Shown: positions 30,194 to 40,443 of the stretch, piece by piece
Position numbering within the stretch: position 1 is the first letter of the stretch
Layout of the letters: each line of letters begins with the position of its first letter
Assembly (NCBI RefSeq): GCF_024282095.1
Contig: NZ_JAMWZS010000008.1
Coordinates: 6,090-70,089 of the forward strand
Length of the DNA stretch: 64,000 bases
From: Nitrosomonas sp.
Lineage (GTDB): Bacteria > Pseudomonadota > Gammaproteobacteria > Burkholderiales > Nitrosomonadaceae
Direction: 5' to 3'
Program-made: the position numbers and the translations under genes
The notes under the pieces: model-generated
What the model was told of the DNA's origin: nothing
The model's input: only the letters and a program-made list of their open reading frames with translations
The model's database searches: none

Positions 30194-31269
30194 GATTGAC
30201 GCGGGAATCGTTTGCGCTTTGATTTCAATGCATAGATGCCAAGCGCGACTAACATCAGCAGATATAACCACCAAACGCCCGGCACGCTACCCACAACGCC
30301 TTGTTCGACCCAGGTTTTGGCCAGTCCGGTCAAATTATAATAGGCGGCGAAAACAAGCGCTGCGATCAGATACGTTCGATCGGTTTTATCGTGGCGCGGC
30401 GTGGTGCGAATAAACGTCACCGCGATTAAAGCCAGCAGGATGGTAGCAAGCGGGCGGGAAATGCGCCATTGCAATTCCGCAATATCCCGCGGCTGATCGG
30501 ATTCCCACAGCGTTCTCGTGGCGGCGGCCTTGCGCCGGTAATTCAGAACAAAGTCATTATCAATGAAATAAGTCATGTTCCTGAACTGAATGACCTCATC
30601 AATGCTTGCTGCATTGGTTAATTGATATACCACACCCTCGGATAATTGAATATGCGGTCTCAGTTCTTCCGCTGTTGGCTGAATCTGGCGAGCTTGCCTG
30701 GCAATGACGATTTCACTGCTGTCCGGCTTCTTGATATAGTGAAAAATATTCTGCATTTGCTGATCAACATCACTTTTGCTGCGCACATAGACCACCCTGC
30801 CGGTCTTTTCACTGCCATAAAAACGCCCGGCCTGAAAGCGGTTGGTATTTAAGTCCGCTTCAGCCTGCGCGTCCAATATGTAACTTTCCGCATAAGCCCA
30901 AGGCCGTACATACGATGACAGCATGCCGCTGGCGATACCAACCGGTATTGCCACAGTCAGTACGGTAAGGACAATGCGCGTACCACTGACGCCGACAGAG
31001 CGGATTACATTCAATTCCTGATCTTTGTTGAGTCTGCCCAGACCGATAATGACAGAAATATAGAGTGCAATAGGAATGAGTACTTCCAGTGCAATCAGCG
31101 TTTTTAGAAATACCAGTTTGAGCAGTGCGGCGATGCCCAATGTTTCGGTAACAGCGCCAGCCAAAAGCCGGGCGCTGCTGAAGCTGGCGAATAAGCCAAC
31201 CAGAATCAAAATGACTACCGTGAAGGGCAGCGATATTTCGCGCGCGATGTACCGCTCAATTAATTTCAT
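30190..31269 (-). CDS. lptF: LptF-like (YjgP/YjgQ) permease paralog
   Basis: MKLIERYIAREI, LGRLNKDQELNVIRSVGVS, AELQWRISRPL. Confidence 0.85.
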   Translation of the reverse strand: MKLIERYIAREISLPFTVVILILVGLFASFSSARLLAGAVTETLGIAALLKLVFLKTLIALEVLIPIALYISVIIGLGRLNKDQELNVIRSVGVSGTRIVLTVLTVAIPVGIASGMLSSYVRPWAYAESYILDAQAEADLNTNRFQAGRFYGSEKTGRVVYVRSKSDVDQQMQNIFHYIKKPDSSEIVIARQARQIQPTAEELRPHIQLSEGVVYQLTNAASIDEVIQFRNMTYFIDNDFVLNYRRKAAATRTLWESDQPRDIAELQWRISRPLATILLALIAVTFIRTTPRHDKTDRTYLIAALVFAAYYNLTGLAKTWVEQGVVGSVPGVWWLYLLMLVALGIYALKSKRKRFPRQS

Positions 31270-32078
31270 ATATCGGTTTTGAGTATCGACTCAGCAAGCA
31301 CTAAGTCTTCTACTTTATCAACATCTACGCCAGCACGAGGATTATCAAGCACAACGGCCTGTATTTTTACCCCTGATTTTTCTGATACGGCGGCTAATGC
31401 CTGCTGTAGTGTGAGCGACCCAAACAAATAAGACAGTACCATTTTGAATCCAAGCACTTGTCCGATCAAGCGCCAGGGACGTTTGCGCAGCTCTTCAGCT
31501 TGCCGCCAGAATCCGACCAGCATCCGCCCCTGAGGATTGAACATGAACAGATTGCAGCCGCAGAATCCACCGTCGCGCAGCCGTATGACGGTGCGTTTTG
31601 AACCTGGAAATGCGGCGGCGATGTCTTGCTGCCTGATCGTGCCAACAGCAGCATCACACTGCGTTGCCAGGGCGTCGTGTAAAAAACGTTGCACGATATC
31701 GGGTGTGAGCAAGGCATGATCGGCAGTAGTCAATAATACCGGCGTATCGCTCGGTACATGACTGAGACCGCTTTCAGCGCTGCGACTGGGCGAATCCAGA
31801 TTCGGCAGCCAGGTTACTTGTCCGGATGCGATCCGTTGTTTTAATTCCGGACAATGCAGGAGCAAGGATTCGGAAGGGCCGCAGAGAGTAATCGAGGTAA
31901 TCAGATCGCAAGCTGCCAGCGCATCCACAACACGGATAACCATCGGAACGCCGCCAACAGGTGCAAAGGCTTTGCAGGCTGCGCCGGTGTGTTGCGTGAT
32001 GGGATCTTTATTGGTGCGGTCAGCAGCCAGAACCAGTGCGGCGAAACGCTGCGGCGTTGGATAGGATTCAGCGCTCAC
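31266..32078 (-). CDS. Nucleotidyltransferase (MobA-like NTP transferase) family protein
   Basis: ALVLAADR...CKAFAPVGGVPM, LLTTADHALL, DVDKVEDL; GTG start overlaps the upstream TGA (GTGA). Confidence 0.8.
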   Translation of the reverse strand: MSAESYPTPQRFAALVLAADRTNKDPITQHTGAACKAFAPVGGVPMVIRVVDALAACDLITSITLCGPSESLLLHCPELKQRIASGQVTWLPNLDSPSRSAESGLSHVPSDTPVLLTTADHALLTPDIVQRFLHDALATQCDAAVGTIRQQDIAAAFPGSKRTVIRLRDGGFCGCNLFMFNPQGRMLVGFWRQAEELRKRPWRLIGQVLGFKMVLSYLFGSLTLQQALAAVSEKSGVKIQAVVLDNPRAGVDVDKVEDLVLAESILKTDI

Positions 32079-33226
32079 AATGTTTTTCCATAAATACGAT
32101 AGCGTTTGTATTGTTCGCTGCCAATGCTGTCAAGGATACTGCGCATGGCGACGTTGTCTTCCAGTATCCATGACATTTCAACTTCCTGGATGCCGCGCGC
32201 GATTCCCGCTTGCCGTGGCGCATCAATGACCAGGCAAGCCAATGCCAGACCCAGTGGCGTATTGTGAAATTGTTTACGTACGCCCATCAGCGGTATGCGG
32301 CCTGTGCGGATCTGATGATTTCTGATTCTGTTGACCAGTTTGAGCCAGCCAAATGGAAACAGGCTACCGTTTAATTCAGTCAAGACTTCATTGAGATTAG
32401 GCAATCCCACCATGAATGCTGAAGGCTTGCCATCGACTTCGGCGACTTGAATGAATTCATCGGGCAACAACAAACGCAGACTGCTGCCCAGTTCAGCAAA
32501 TTCTTCTCGTGTGAAGGGGATGAATCCCCAATTTTCAGACCAGGCATCGTTAAAAATATCCCGCAGCATTTCCATTTCCGCATCGAATTGATTGCGGTTC
32601 AGTGTACGTAATTTTATTTTTGGAGAAAATCGATTGATCAATATCTGCATGACACGCGGTATTTCAAAATCGACTCTGACTTTATAGGCCAGCAAATCTT
32701 TTACCGGCTGATACCCTTGTTCTTCCAGCAAGCGTCCATACCAACGCGGTGAGTGGGGCATCATGATGACCGGCGGCGTGTCGAATCCATCGACCAGAAT
32801 GCCGCACTCCTGATTGATGGAAAGGTTGAATGGCCCGCTGACTCGGCGGATTTGCCGGGATGCCAGCCATGCTTCTGCATTTAGCATCAGTGCAGCACAT
32901 ACTTCTGCGTCGTCGATGCATTCGAACAGGCCAAAATGACCGCTGTCTGTACCGTAGCGCTCTTGGTGCAAGGAATCGATCTGCGCACTGATGCGTCCAA
33001 CCGCTTGGCCATTTTGAAAGGCTACCCAGGCTTGCCATTCGCCATGTTTAAAAAAAGGATTGAAACGGGAAAAGTGAAAGCGCCGCTCCAAACGTAAAGG
33101 CGGTACCCACAACGGATCATCGGCATAAACATGCCAAGGTACGTCAATGAATTTGCCCATATCACGATAAGACATGACCGGACGCACCGTTACTTTGGAA
33201 TTGCCCGGTTTATCGTGTTTATTCAT
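32075..33226 (-). CDS. GNAT-fold N-acyltransferase, bacterial ceramide synthase (bCerS)-like
   Basis: YADDPLWVPPL, GRISAQID, GHFGLFECIDD, GPFNLSINQECGILVDGF, FNDAWSENWGF, EMSWILEDN; size and neighbourhood match the bCerS family as recalled. Confidence 0.75.
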   Translation of the reverse strand: MNKHDKPGNSKVTVRPVMSYRDMGKFIDVPWHVYADDPLWVPPLRLERRFHFSRFNPFFKHGEWQAWVAFQNGQAVGRISAQIDSLHQERYGTDSGHFGLFECIDDAEVCAALMLNAEAWLASRQIRRVSGPFNLSINQECGILVDGFDTPPVIMMPHSPRWYGRLLEEQGYQPVKDLLAYKVRVDFEIPRVMQILINRFSPKIKLRTLNRNQFDAEMEMLRDIFNDAWSENWGFIPFTREEFAELGSSLRLLLPDEFIQVAEVDGKPSAFMVGLPNLNEVLTELNGSLFPFGWLKLVNRIRNHQIRTGRIPLMGVRKQFHNTPLGLALACLVIDAPRQAGIARGIQEVEMSWILEDNVAMRSILDSIGSEQYKRYRIYGKTL

Positions 33227-33353
33227 AGCAGATGAGCGCTGTCGTTTGAATGATCATTGGATCAAGAATAACTGATCGGTTCGCTAAATAGTTTAAATCA
33301 GTAATGCAGCCAGTTCACTGCATCAGTTAAGTATGATAAAAAAGAAGGTTTTT

Positions 33354-33839
33354 TTATAAATTAGTATGTTTGAGTAAATTCGATACCAATCGATGAAAAG
33401 TTTCTTTGGGATCCGGTTCCTTATTTGTGGATTGTTTGGTAGGCGCAGCATGATCGGATGCTGAAGGTTGTTCAGCAACAGCACACTTCTCATCAGTGAT
33501 ATTCCGGCAGAAATCACAAAAATTATTCCAATCCGTGTTGTAACTCAGCAGGCGATCCTGTGGAATGAATACGCGCAAAACCTCAAAGTTTTGCTGCATT
33601 TCGGGTAGACGAGAGCACAGGTAAGTATTGATATTTCTGGGCCAGCCTTTATGGGTTGGATACAGAAGCTCCAATTGTGTTTCAATGGTATAGCGAAAAT
33701 TATCAATCGCATTGGCGCGGCGTTTGCGATTAAGAATTTCAACAAATACAGCCACTAACCCCAAAAAGCCAAACAAAACAAATGGCCATAACGGTACAGT
33801 CTCAAAATATCCGGTGATTTGATTAATATTTTCGTCCAA
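33354..33839 (-). CDS. Hypothetical protein with a single N-terminal TM helix
   Basis: 161-aa ORF, hydrophobic LWPFVLFGFLGLVAVFVEIL followed by RKRR; no competing long ORF. Confidence 0.7.
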   Translation of the reverse strand: MDENINQITGYFETVPLWPFVLFGFLGLVAVFVEILNRKRRANAIDNFRYTIETQLELLYPTHKGWPRNINTYLCSRLPEMQQNFEVLRVFIPQDRLLSYNTDWNNFCDFCRNITDEKCAVAEQPSASDHAAPTKQSTNKEPDPKETFHRLVSNLLKHTNL

Positions 33840-34220
33840 GGTCGTCTCAATCCAGTTTTAAGTATATTGAAAAAACAAACTCAAGTAGTTAATTAATTGA
33901 ATGCTTACTTGATTCTGTTAATGTTTGTGCAGCGCATTATCTTGCCATAGTAAAATCTATGTATCAATATTGTTATTTTGCACTGTTTAACAGCTTGCCA
34001 ACTAAAAAATTATGCTGATATGCAACATATAGTTCCTGTAAAAAATTAATAACTGCGCATACCTGTTGATTCATGTGGTTTTTCAGATAGTGATGCGGAG
34101 CCTGTAAGGGGGATAATAACTCGCATTACTAAATTTGAATTGACCTGATAGTGCTTATTGCGTTATTTTTACCTGTTTTGTAATAGCTGAGAAGCACTTA
34201 ATTTATTTAATTTTGTATGT

Positions 34221-34478
34221 ATGGTATCCAAGTCTTCTAAAAATGCTGCGGCATCTCAGCCAGAAAGTTTTGAGGCGGCATCGGCTGAGCTGGAAAAAAT
34301 AGTGGCAACCATGGAAACAGGACAAATGTCATTGGAAGCTTCCCTTTCAGCTTATCAGCGCGGAGTTGAATTATTGCAATATTGTCAGAATACACTGCAA
34401 GGTGCGCAACAACAGGTAAAAATACTTGAAGCAGACATGTTAAAAAATTTTACAAGACCTGACAGTGATGAGCGCTGA
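34221..34478 (+). CDS. xseB: Exodeoxyribonuclease VII small subunit
   Basis: SFEAASAELEKIVATMETGQMSLEASLSAYQRG; xseB-ispA-dxs synteny. Confidence 0.93.
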   Translation: MVSKSSKNAAASQPESFEAASAELEKIVATMETGQMSLEASLSAYQRGVELLQYCQNTLQGAQQQVKILEADMLKNFTRPDSDER

Positions 34479-35361
34479 CTTTCAAAGCTGGGCCAGTAAT
34501 TGTCAAGCCAGTATCGAAACGTTTCTTGAGTCCCGATTACCTGCCGCTGATTGTGTTCCTGTTCGATTGCATAAGGCAATGCGTTATGCTGTCTTGGGCG
34601 GCGGAAAGCGAGTGCGGCCTTTATTGTCTTTTGCAGCGGGAGAACTTGCACATGCGGATGTCGAACGCGTGACGGTTGTTGCTGCGGCGACAGAACTTAT
34701 TCATGCGTATTCTCTAGTGCATGATGACCTGCCTTGTATGGATGATGATATTCTGCGACGTGGCAAGCCTACCTGTCATATCGAATTTGATGAGGCCACG
34801 GCATTGTTGACGGGTGATAGTTTACAAACACTCGCGTTTGAGTTGCTGGCGGAAAAACGTCTGGCTGATACGCCCGAGACGCAATTAGCGATGATCACAC
34901 AATTGGCACTGGCTTCCGGTTCGCGTGGTATGGCAGGAGGACAGGCATTTGATCTGGACAGTGTCGGCAAGGCACTCAGTCTGCCGGAACTGGAGTTCAT
35001 GCATATCCATAAAACCGGTGCGTTGATTCGTGCTGCCGTGATGCTGGGAGCCCGTTGCAGCAACCGCTTGGATGATAATCAGTTGAGTAAGCTGGATCAT
35101 TTCGCCAAATGTGTCGGTTTGGCATTTCAGGTGGTTGACGATCTGTTGGACGCTGAAGCAACGACGGCCACATTGGGCAAAACCGCCGGTAAAGATGCTG
35201 AAAATAACAAGCCCACGTATGTCAGTATTCTGGGTATTAGCCAAGCGCGTGAATTGGCGGAAAAATTACAGCATGATGCCGATCAGGCTTTAGATGGTTT
35301 TGGTGAAGCTGCATTAAGGTTGCGTCAAGTAACCGATTTTATAATTAAACGTAAGTTCTAG
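34468..35361 (+). CDS. ispA: Farnesyl diphosphate synthase / polyprenyl synthetase
   Basis: GGKRVRP, SLVHDDLPCMDDD.LRRGKPT, HKTG, FQVVDDLLD, GKTAGKD. Confidence 0.95.
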   Translation: MSADFQSWASNCQASIETFLESRLPAADCVPVRLHKAMRYAVLGGGKRVRPLLSFAAGELAHADVERVTVVAAATELIHAYSLVHDDLPCMDDDILRRGKPTCHIEFDEATALLTGDSLQTLAFELLAEKRLADTPETQLAMITQLALASGSRGMAGGQAFDLDSVGKALSLPELEFMHIHKTGALIRAAVMLGARCSNRLDDNQLSKLDHFAKCVGLAFQVVDDLLDAEATTATLGKTAGKDAENNKPTYVSILGISQARELAEKLQHDADQALDGFGEAALRLRQVTDFIIKRKF

Positions 35362-35395
35362 CATTTTCCTCATTATTTTTATTTTCAGGTTTTGA

Positions 35396-37240
35396 ATGTA
35401 TCCACTGTTAGATATCATTAATTCACCATCCCAATTACGTGAACTGGATCAAAAGAAATTACCGCAGTTTGCCAAGGAACTCCGTAGCTTCTTGATTGAA
35501 TCGGTCGCAAAAACCGGTGGACATTTGTCTTCCAATCTGGGTACCGTCGAATTGACCGTTGCACTACACTACGTTTTTAATACACCGTATGATCAGTTGG
35601 TGTGGGATGTCGGTCATCAGACGTATGCGCACAAAATTCTGACAGGCCGGCGAGATGGCATGAGCAAGCTGCGCATGCAGGGCGGCATAGCCGGATTTCC
35701 ACGCCGCGATGAAAGTGAATATGATGCATTCGGCACCGCGCATTCCAGTACCTCGATCAGCGCCGCGCTGGGTATGGCGGTTGCGGCGCGATTAAACAAG
35801 ACGGATCGGCGTGCAGTGGCGATTATCGGCGACGGTGCGATGAGTGCAGGCATGGCATTTGAAGCACTGAACAATGCCGGTGTGATGGATGCCAATTTGC
35901 TGGTTATCCTGAATGACAATGACATGTCGATATCACGGCCGGTCGGAGCACTCAACAACTATTTAGCCAAGTTGATGTCCGGACGATTCTATGCCACGGC
36001 GCGCCGTGCCGGCGAGAAAGTACTTGGTGTCGTGCCACCCATGCTGGAATTGGCCAAACGCGCGGAAGAGCATGTCAAAGGTATGGTCACACCCGGTACG
36101 CTATTTGAAGAATTCGGATTTAATTACATTGGCCCGATCGACGGCCATGACCTGGATGTTCTGGTTACTACACTGAACAACATCAAGCTCCTGGAGGGAC
36201 CGCAGTTTCTGCATGTGGTTACCCGTAAAGGTGCCGGTTACAAGGTGGCGGAAGAAGATCCCATTCTGTATCACGGTGTTGGCAAGTTTGATCCGGAAAA
36301 AGGAATTGTTGCCAAATCAGCCGGAAAGCCCGCCTATACACAGATATTTGGTGATTGGCTGTGTGACATGGCGGCACAAGACTCCCGCTTGATCGGCATT
36401 ACTCCGGCAATGCGCGAGGGATCCGGGTTGGTGCGCTTTTCACAGGAATATCCTGAGCGTTATTTCGATGTGGGTATCGCCGAGCAACATGCGGTGACAT
36501 TCGCGGCTGGTGCGGCATGTGACGGCTTAAAGCCGGTCGTGGCGATTTATTCAACCTTTCTGCAGCGTGCTTATGATCAATTGATCCATGATGTCGCCAT
36601 CCAGAATTTACCGGTGGTATTTGCCATCGACCGGGCCGGCTTGGTGGGCGCGGATGGCCCAACACACGCGGGTAGTTTTGATTTGTCTTACTTGCGCTGT
36701 ATTCCAAACATGACTGTCATGGCACCCTCTGATGAAAATGAGTGCAGGCAGATGTTATATACCGCCTTTAAACTGGACACGCCATCAGCGGTACGTTATC
36801 CACGGGGAACTGGAACCGGTGTACAGGTTCAAAGGGAAATGCAGGCATTGCCGATCGGCCGGGGCGAAATCCGGCGACAGGGGAAAAAGATTGCTTTCCT
36901 GGCATTTGGCAGCATGCTGACACCGTGTCTGGAAGCAGCAGAAGAACTGAATGCCACGGTGGCTAATATGCGCTTTATCAAACCGTTGGACGATGATCTA
37001 GTGGCATCTCTGGCTGCCAGCCATGATCTGCTGGTTACCGTGGAAGAAAATACCGTGATGGGTGGAGCTGGCGGTGCTGTGACAGAATCCCTCAACAGTC
37101 AGAGAATTGGTGCCCAAGTGTTACAATTAGGATTACCGGACATTTTTATCGATCAGGGTGATCCTGCGCAGATGCTTGTAGATTGCGGATTGGACAAAAA
37201 TGGACTTATTAAATCAGTGCGATCAATATTGCCTGAGTAG
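35396..37240 (+). CDS. dxs: 1-deoxy-D-xylulose-5-phosphate synthase
   Basis: [48 protein letters not shown]. Confidence 0.97.
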   Translation: MYPLLDIINSPSQLRELDQKKLPQFAKELRSFLIESVAKTGGHLSSNLGTVELTVALHYVFNTPYDQLVWDVGHQTYAHKILTGRRDGMSKLRMQGGIAGFPRRDESEYDAFGTAHSSTSISAALGMAVAARLNKTDRRAVAIIGDGAMSAGMAFEALNNAGVMDANLLVILNDNDMSISRPVGALNNYLAKLMSGRFYATARRAGEKVLGVVPPMLELAKRAEEHVKGMVTPGTLFEEFGFNYIGPIDGHDLDVLVTTLNNIKLLEGPQFLHVVTRKGAGYKVAEEDPILYHGVGKFDPEKGIVAKSAGKPAYTQIFGDWLCDMAAQDSRLIGITPAMREGSGLVRFSQEYPERYFDVGIAEQHAVTFAAGAACDGLKPVVAIYSTFLQRAYDQLIHDVAIQNLPVVFAIDRAGLVGADGPTHAGSFDLSYLRCIPNMTVMAPSDENECRQMLYTAFKLDTPSAVRYPRGTGTGVQVQREMQALPIGRGEIRRQGKKIAFLAFGSMLTPCLEAAEELNATVANMRFIKPLDDDLVASLAASHDLLVTVEENTVMGGAGGAVTESLNSQRIGAQVLQLGLPDIFIDQGDPAQMLVDCGLDKNGLIKSVRSILPE

Positions 37241-37307
37241 GTTTCTGGGAGTCGGTCATGTTTGATCGGATTGCTGCCAGGCATATCTTGTTGCACAGGA
37301 GATAAAC

Positions 37308-38114
37308 ATGAATAAACAGATAGACTTACCGATTGCTGATGTACAGAGTTCACCCGATACCCGGCGTATTGCGATCGACCGGGTTGGCATTAAGGCCATA
37401 CGTCATCCTGTGGTTGTAGCGGATAAGGATGGTGGAATACAGCATACCATTGCAGTTTTCAACATGTATGTGAATTTGCCGCACAATTTCAAGGGCACAC
37501 ATATGTCTCGCTTCGTCGAGATACTCAATGGTCATGAACGGGAAATTTCTGTTGAGTCATTCCAGGTAATTTTGCGGGAAATGATCGAGAAATTGGAAAC
37601 GGATTCCGGTCATATTGAGATGACTTTTCCTTATTTCATCAATAAATCCGCACCTGTTTCACAAGTAAGAAGCTTATTGGACTATGAAGTGACATTCATA
37701 GGTGAAATTAAAAATAATGAATACCTCTTTACCATGAAAGTCGTGGTGCCCGTTACCAGCTTATGTCCTTGTTCCAAGAAAATATCCAATTATGGCGCAC
37801 ATAATCAACGCTCACATGTCACCATTTCCGTGCGTACCAACAGTTTTGTATGGATCGAAGACGTTATCAGGATTGCCGAAAATAATGCGTCGTGTGAACT
37901 TTATGGCTTACTGAAACGGCCGGATGAAAAATATGTGACCGAGAAGGCCTACGATAATCCCAAGTTTGTGGAGGATATCGTCAGAGATATCGCGGAAGTG
38001 CTGAATCATGATGCGCGTATTGATGCCTATGTGGTCGAGTCGGAGAATTTTGAGTCGATTCATAATCATTCAGCATATGCGCTGATTGAGAATGATAAGA
38101 AACGCCGCCAGTAA
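37308..38114 (+). CDS. folE2: GTP cyclohydrolase I type 2 (FolE2)
   Basis: [53 protein letters not shown]. Confidence 0.95.
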   Translation: MNKQIDLPIADVQSSPDTRRIAIDRVGIKAIRHPVVVADKDGGIQHTIAVFNMYVNLPHNFKGTHMSRFVEILNGHEREISVESFQVILREMIEKLETDSGHIEMTFPYFINKSAPVSQVRSLLDYEVTFIGEIKNNEYLFTMKVVVPVTSLCPCSKKISNYGAHNQRSHVTISVRTNSFVWIEDVIRIAENNASCELYGLLKRPDEKYVTEKAYDNPKFVEDIVRDIAEVLNHDARIDAYVVESENFESIHNHSAYALIENDKKRRQ

Positions 38115-38166
38115 TTACGTCATTCCTGAGTAACCGTCTTAATCAACAGCCCGTTAGGAGAGCGTC

Positions 38167-39252
38167 ATGCCGGACACGATGACTCAACAGCGCGCTGCCG
38201 GTGCCATCATGGGCGCATTTGTCGGTGACGCATTGGCACTTGGCCCTCATTGGTATTACGATCTCGCTGAGCTTCGGCGTGACTATGGCGAATGGATTAC
38301 TACCTATACCGATCCCAAACCTGGTCGCTATCATAGCGAACGCAAAGCTGGCCAACCCTCTCAAGCAGGTATTATTCTCACACTCATGCTGCGCTCCCTG
38401 GTTGCGCAGGGCGAATACAATGAAGCGGATTTTTGCCGCCGCATGGATGAAGACCTCTTCCCGTTTCTCGATGGCACGCCGATGGGTGGACCAGGCGGTT
38501 ACACCAGCCAATCAATTCGAGAAGCATGGCGGCGGCGGGTGGAGCAGAAATTGCCGTGGGGACAAACCGGCGGTCATGCGGATGACACGGAAGCAATTGA
38601 GCGCACGCTGGCGCTTGCAGTTCGCTACGCATTTCAGCCTACCGAGCTTGCTACCACAGTCGCAAGCAATACCCGCCTGACCCAGATCGATGATACCGTG
38701 ATTTCGATGACCGTAGCGTATGCTGCGGTGCTGGGTATGCTGGTAAGAGGACATGCGCTGGATAAAACGCTATCCGGGAAACTGATGGGACTGGTAAAAA
38801 CCGGAAAACTACCCTTCCATGCCGTCACCTTTGCCGATTTGCAACCACCCCGCCCGGGTGATCCCGATCCGCCTCGTGCCGGACGATTCGCGTCACCAGA
38901 TGCCCTGCTCACGCCATCTTATATGGCTGAAGCTGCGGCTGATGCAGATATACGCATAGAACCGGCGTGGAAGGTGTCGATTGTTTACGGCATGCCTTGT
39001 GCCATCTATCACCAGCTCCCTGCCGCCTATTATCTTGCCGCCCGTTTTCGGGATAATTTTGAGTCTGCCGTGCTGCATGCGGTCAATGGTGGCGGACAGA
39101 ATCAGGCACGCGCCATTCTTACCGGCGCACTTGTCGGCGCTCAAGTAGGCTTTTCCGGTATTCCGCAACGATTTCTTGACGGACTTGACGATGGTGACAC
39201 ACTCAAGGGTCTTGCGATGGATCTTGCTACCCAGATAAACGACCCCGATTAA
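38167..39252 (+). CDS. ADP-ribosylglycohydrolase family protein
   Basis: GAIMGAFVGDALA, ADDTE, AVNGGG...RAILTGALVGA. Confidence 0.85.
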   Translation: MPDTMTQQRAAGAIMGAFVGDALALGPHWYYDLAELRRDYGEWITTYTDPKPGRYHSERKAGQPSQAGIILTLMLRSLVAQGEYNEADFCRRMDEDLFPFLDGTPMGGPGGYTSQSIREAWRRRVEQKLPWGQTGGHADDTEAIERTLALAVRYAFQPTELATTVASNTRLTQIDDTVISMTVAYAAVLGMLVRGHALDKTLSGKLMGLVKTGKLPFHAVTFADLQPPRPGDPDPPRAGRFASPDALLTPSYMAEAAADADIRIEPAWKVSIVYGMPCAIYHQLPAAYYLAARFRDNFESAVLHAVNGGGQNQARAILTGALVGAQVGFSGIPQRFLDGLDDGDTLKGLAMDLATQINDPD

Positions 39253-39305
39253 TATCCAACAAAAATTAAACTAACTCCATGCTGGTGGAATGAAACAAGC
39301 AAGAG

Positions 39306-40340
39306 CTAGGGTTTGCGACCAGTTACGATGCTGTAGTAGCCGAAAGCTTTGTGAATCTGAATGTCCTCAAATCCTATTTCCTTGAGCATCGATGATAATT
39401 CCAGACCGGAGTATTGCTTGCCTTCGGTCCAGCCCATCATCAACATACTGAAAGCTGCAGAGGCGAAAGGACCTGTCTTCTGATCATCATAGAGTATTTC
39501 ATGGATGACGATGCGCCCGCCGGATTCGAGACTATTAAAACTCTTTGCGGTCAGAAAATGACACTTCTCCGGTGCCCAATCGTGATAGATGTTTGAGAAA
39601 AAATGCAGATCAGCTGAAGGCCAATGATCACTCCAAATATTGGTTTCATGTGTTTTGATCCGTTCCTGCAAGCCATACTGACTAATATATTCCTGGGCAA
39701 GCTCGCATACCGGAAGAAAATCCAGAAATATTACTTTCAGGTCGGGTAACTTTATTGCTGCACCAATCGAATGTGCCGCAGAACCTCCCGCAACATCAAG
39801 CATCACGCGATGCCGGGAAAAATCCAGGACCTCGGGCCAAACGAATGCTGATGTGATACTGATGCTATGCATGCCGCGCGTAAAGCGATGCAGCAATTCA
39901 ATTTGTTCTTCATGGGTCTTAAAAATATCACCGCCGCCATAAGCTTGTGGAGAATCTGTCAACACTGCTTTTTCCAAGCTTGCGAAGGAAGATACCTGAT
40001 AGTTGTCTATCATCAGATCCCAGAAAAATCCGAAATAATTGGGGCTATTTTCCAGTAAATATTCCTCTGATACTACGGTCAGAGAATAACGCTCTTCCTG
40101 CAACGATAAAAAACCCAATGCGGTAGCTGCGGTCAAGATAGCCTCTGCCGGACGTTGCTTGATACTGAGAGAATCGCAAATGTCTGTTAATGTACGCGGA
40201 CCATCTGCCAGCAAAGAAAAAACTTTTAGTCGATGCGCCAGCAGCAATGCCGGATAACCATATACCGCAAAAACCACATCCCATACCGGACGATCATCGA
40301 CTCGCGGCGCCCGAATGTTGGAAAAAGCATCTTGTGCCAT
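39306..40340 (-). CDS. SAM-dependent O-methyltransferase (dimerisation + Methyltransf_2)
   Basis: GGAGG SD before ATG 40340; LDVAGGS SAM motif, IYHDW, GGRIVIHE. Confidence 0.85.
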   Translation of the reverse strand: MAQDAFSNIRAPRVDDRPVWDVVFAVYGYPALLLAHRLKVFSLLADGPRTLTDICDSLSIKQRPAEAILTAATALGFLSLQEERYSLTVVSEEYLLENSPNYFGFFWDLMIDNYQVSSFASLEKAVLTDSPQAYGGGDIFKTHEEQIELLHRFTRGMHSISITSAFVWPEVLDFSRHRVMLDVAGGSAAHSIGAAIKLPDLKVIFLDFLPVCELAQEYISQYGLQERIKTHETNIWSDHWPSADLHFFSNIYHDWAPEKCHFLTAKSFNSLESGGRIVIHEILYDDQKTGPFASAAFSMLMMGWTEGKQYSGLELSSMLKEIGFEDIQIHKAFGYYSIVTGRKP

Positions 40341-40443
40341 CAATCCTCCTTTACCTTTAATTGGCTTACCCAATACACCAATCGCAAGTATTTATTATTT
40401 AATTTATTGGTAGATACTCAGGTTGCTCGCTGTGCCGCATGAT

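Noticed and set aside
30194-30274. N-terminal extension of the lptG-like ORF
   Set aside because: Overlaps lptF-like coding sequence; ATGA coupling at 30190-30193 marks the real start.
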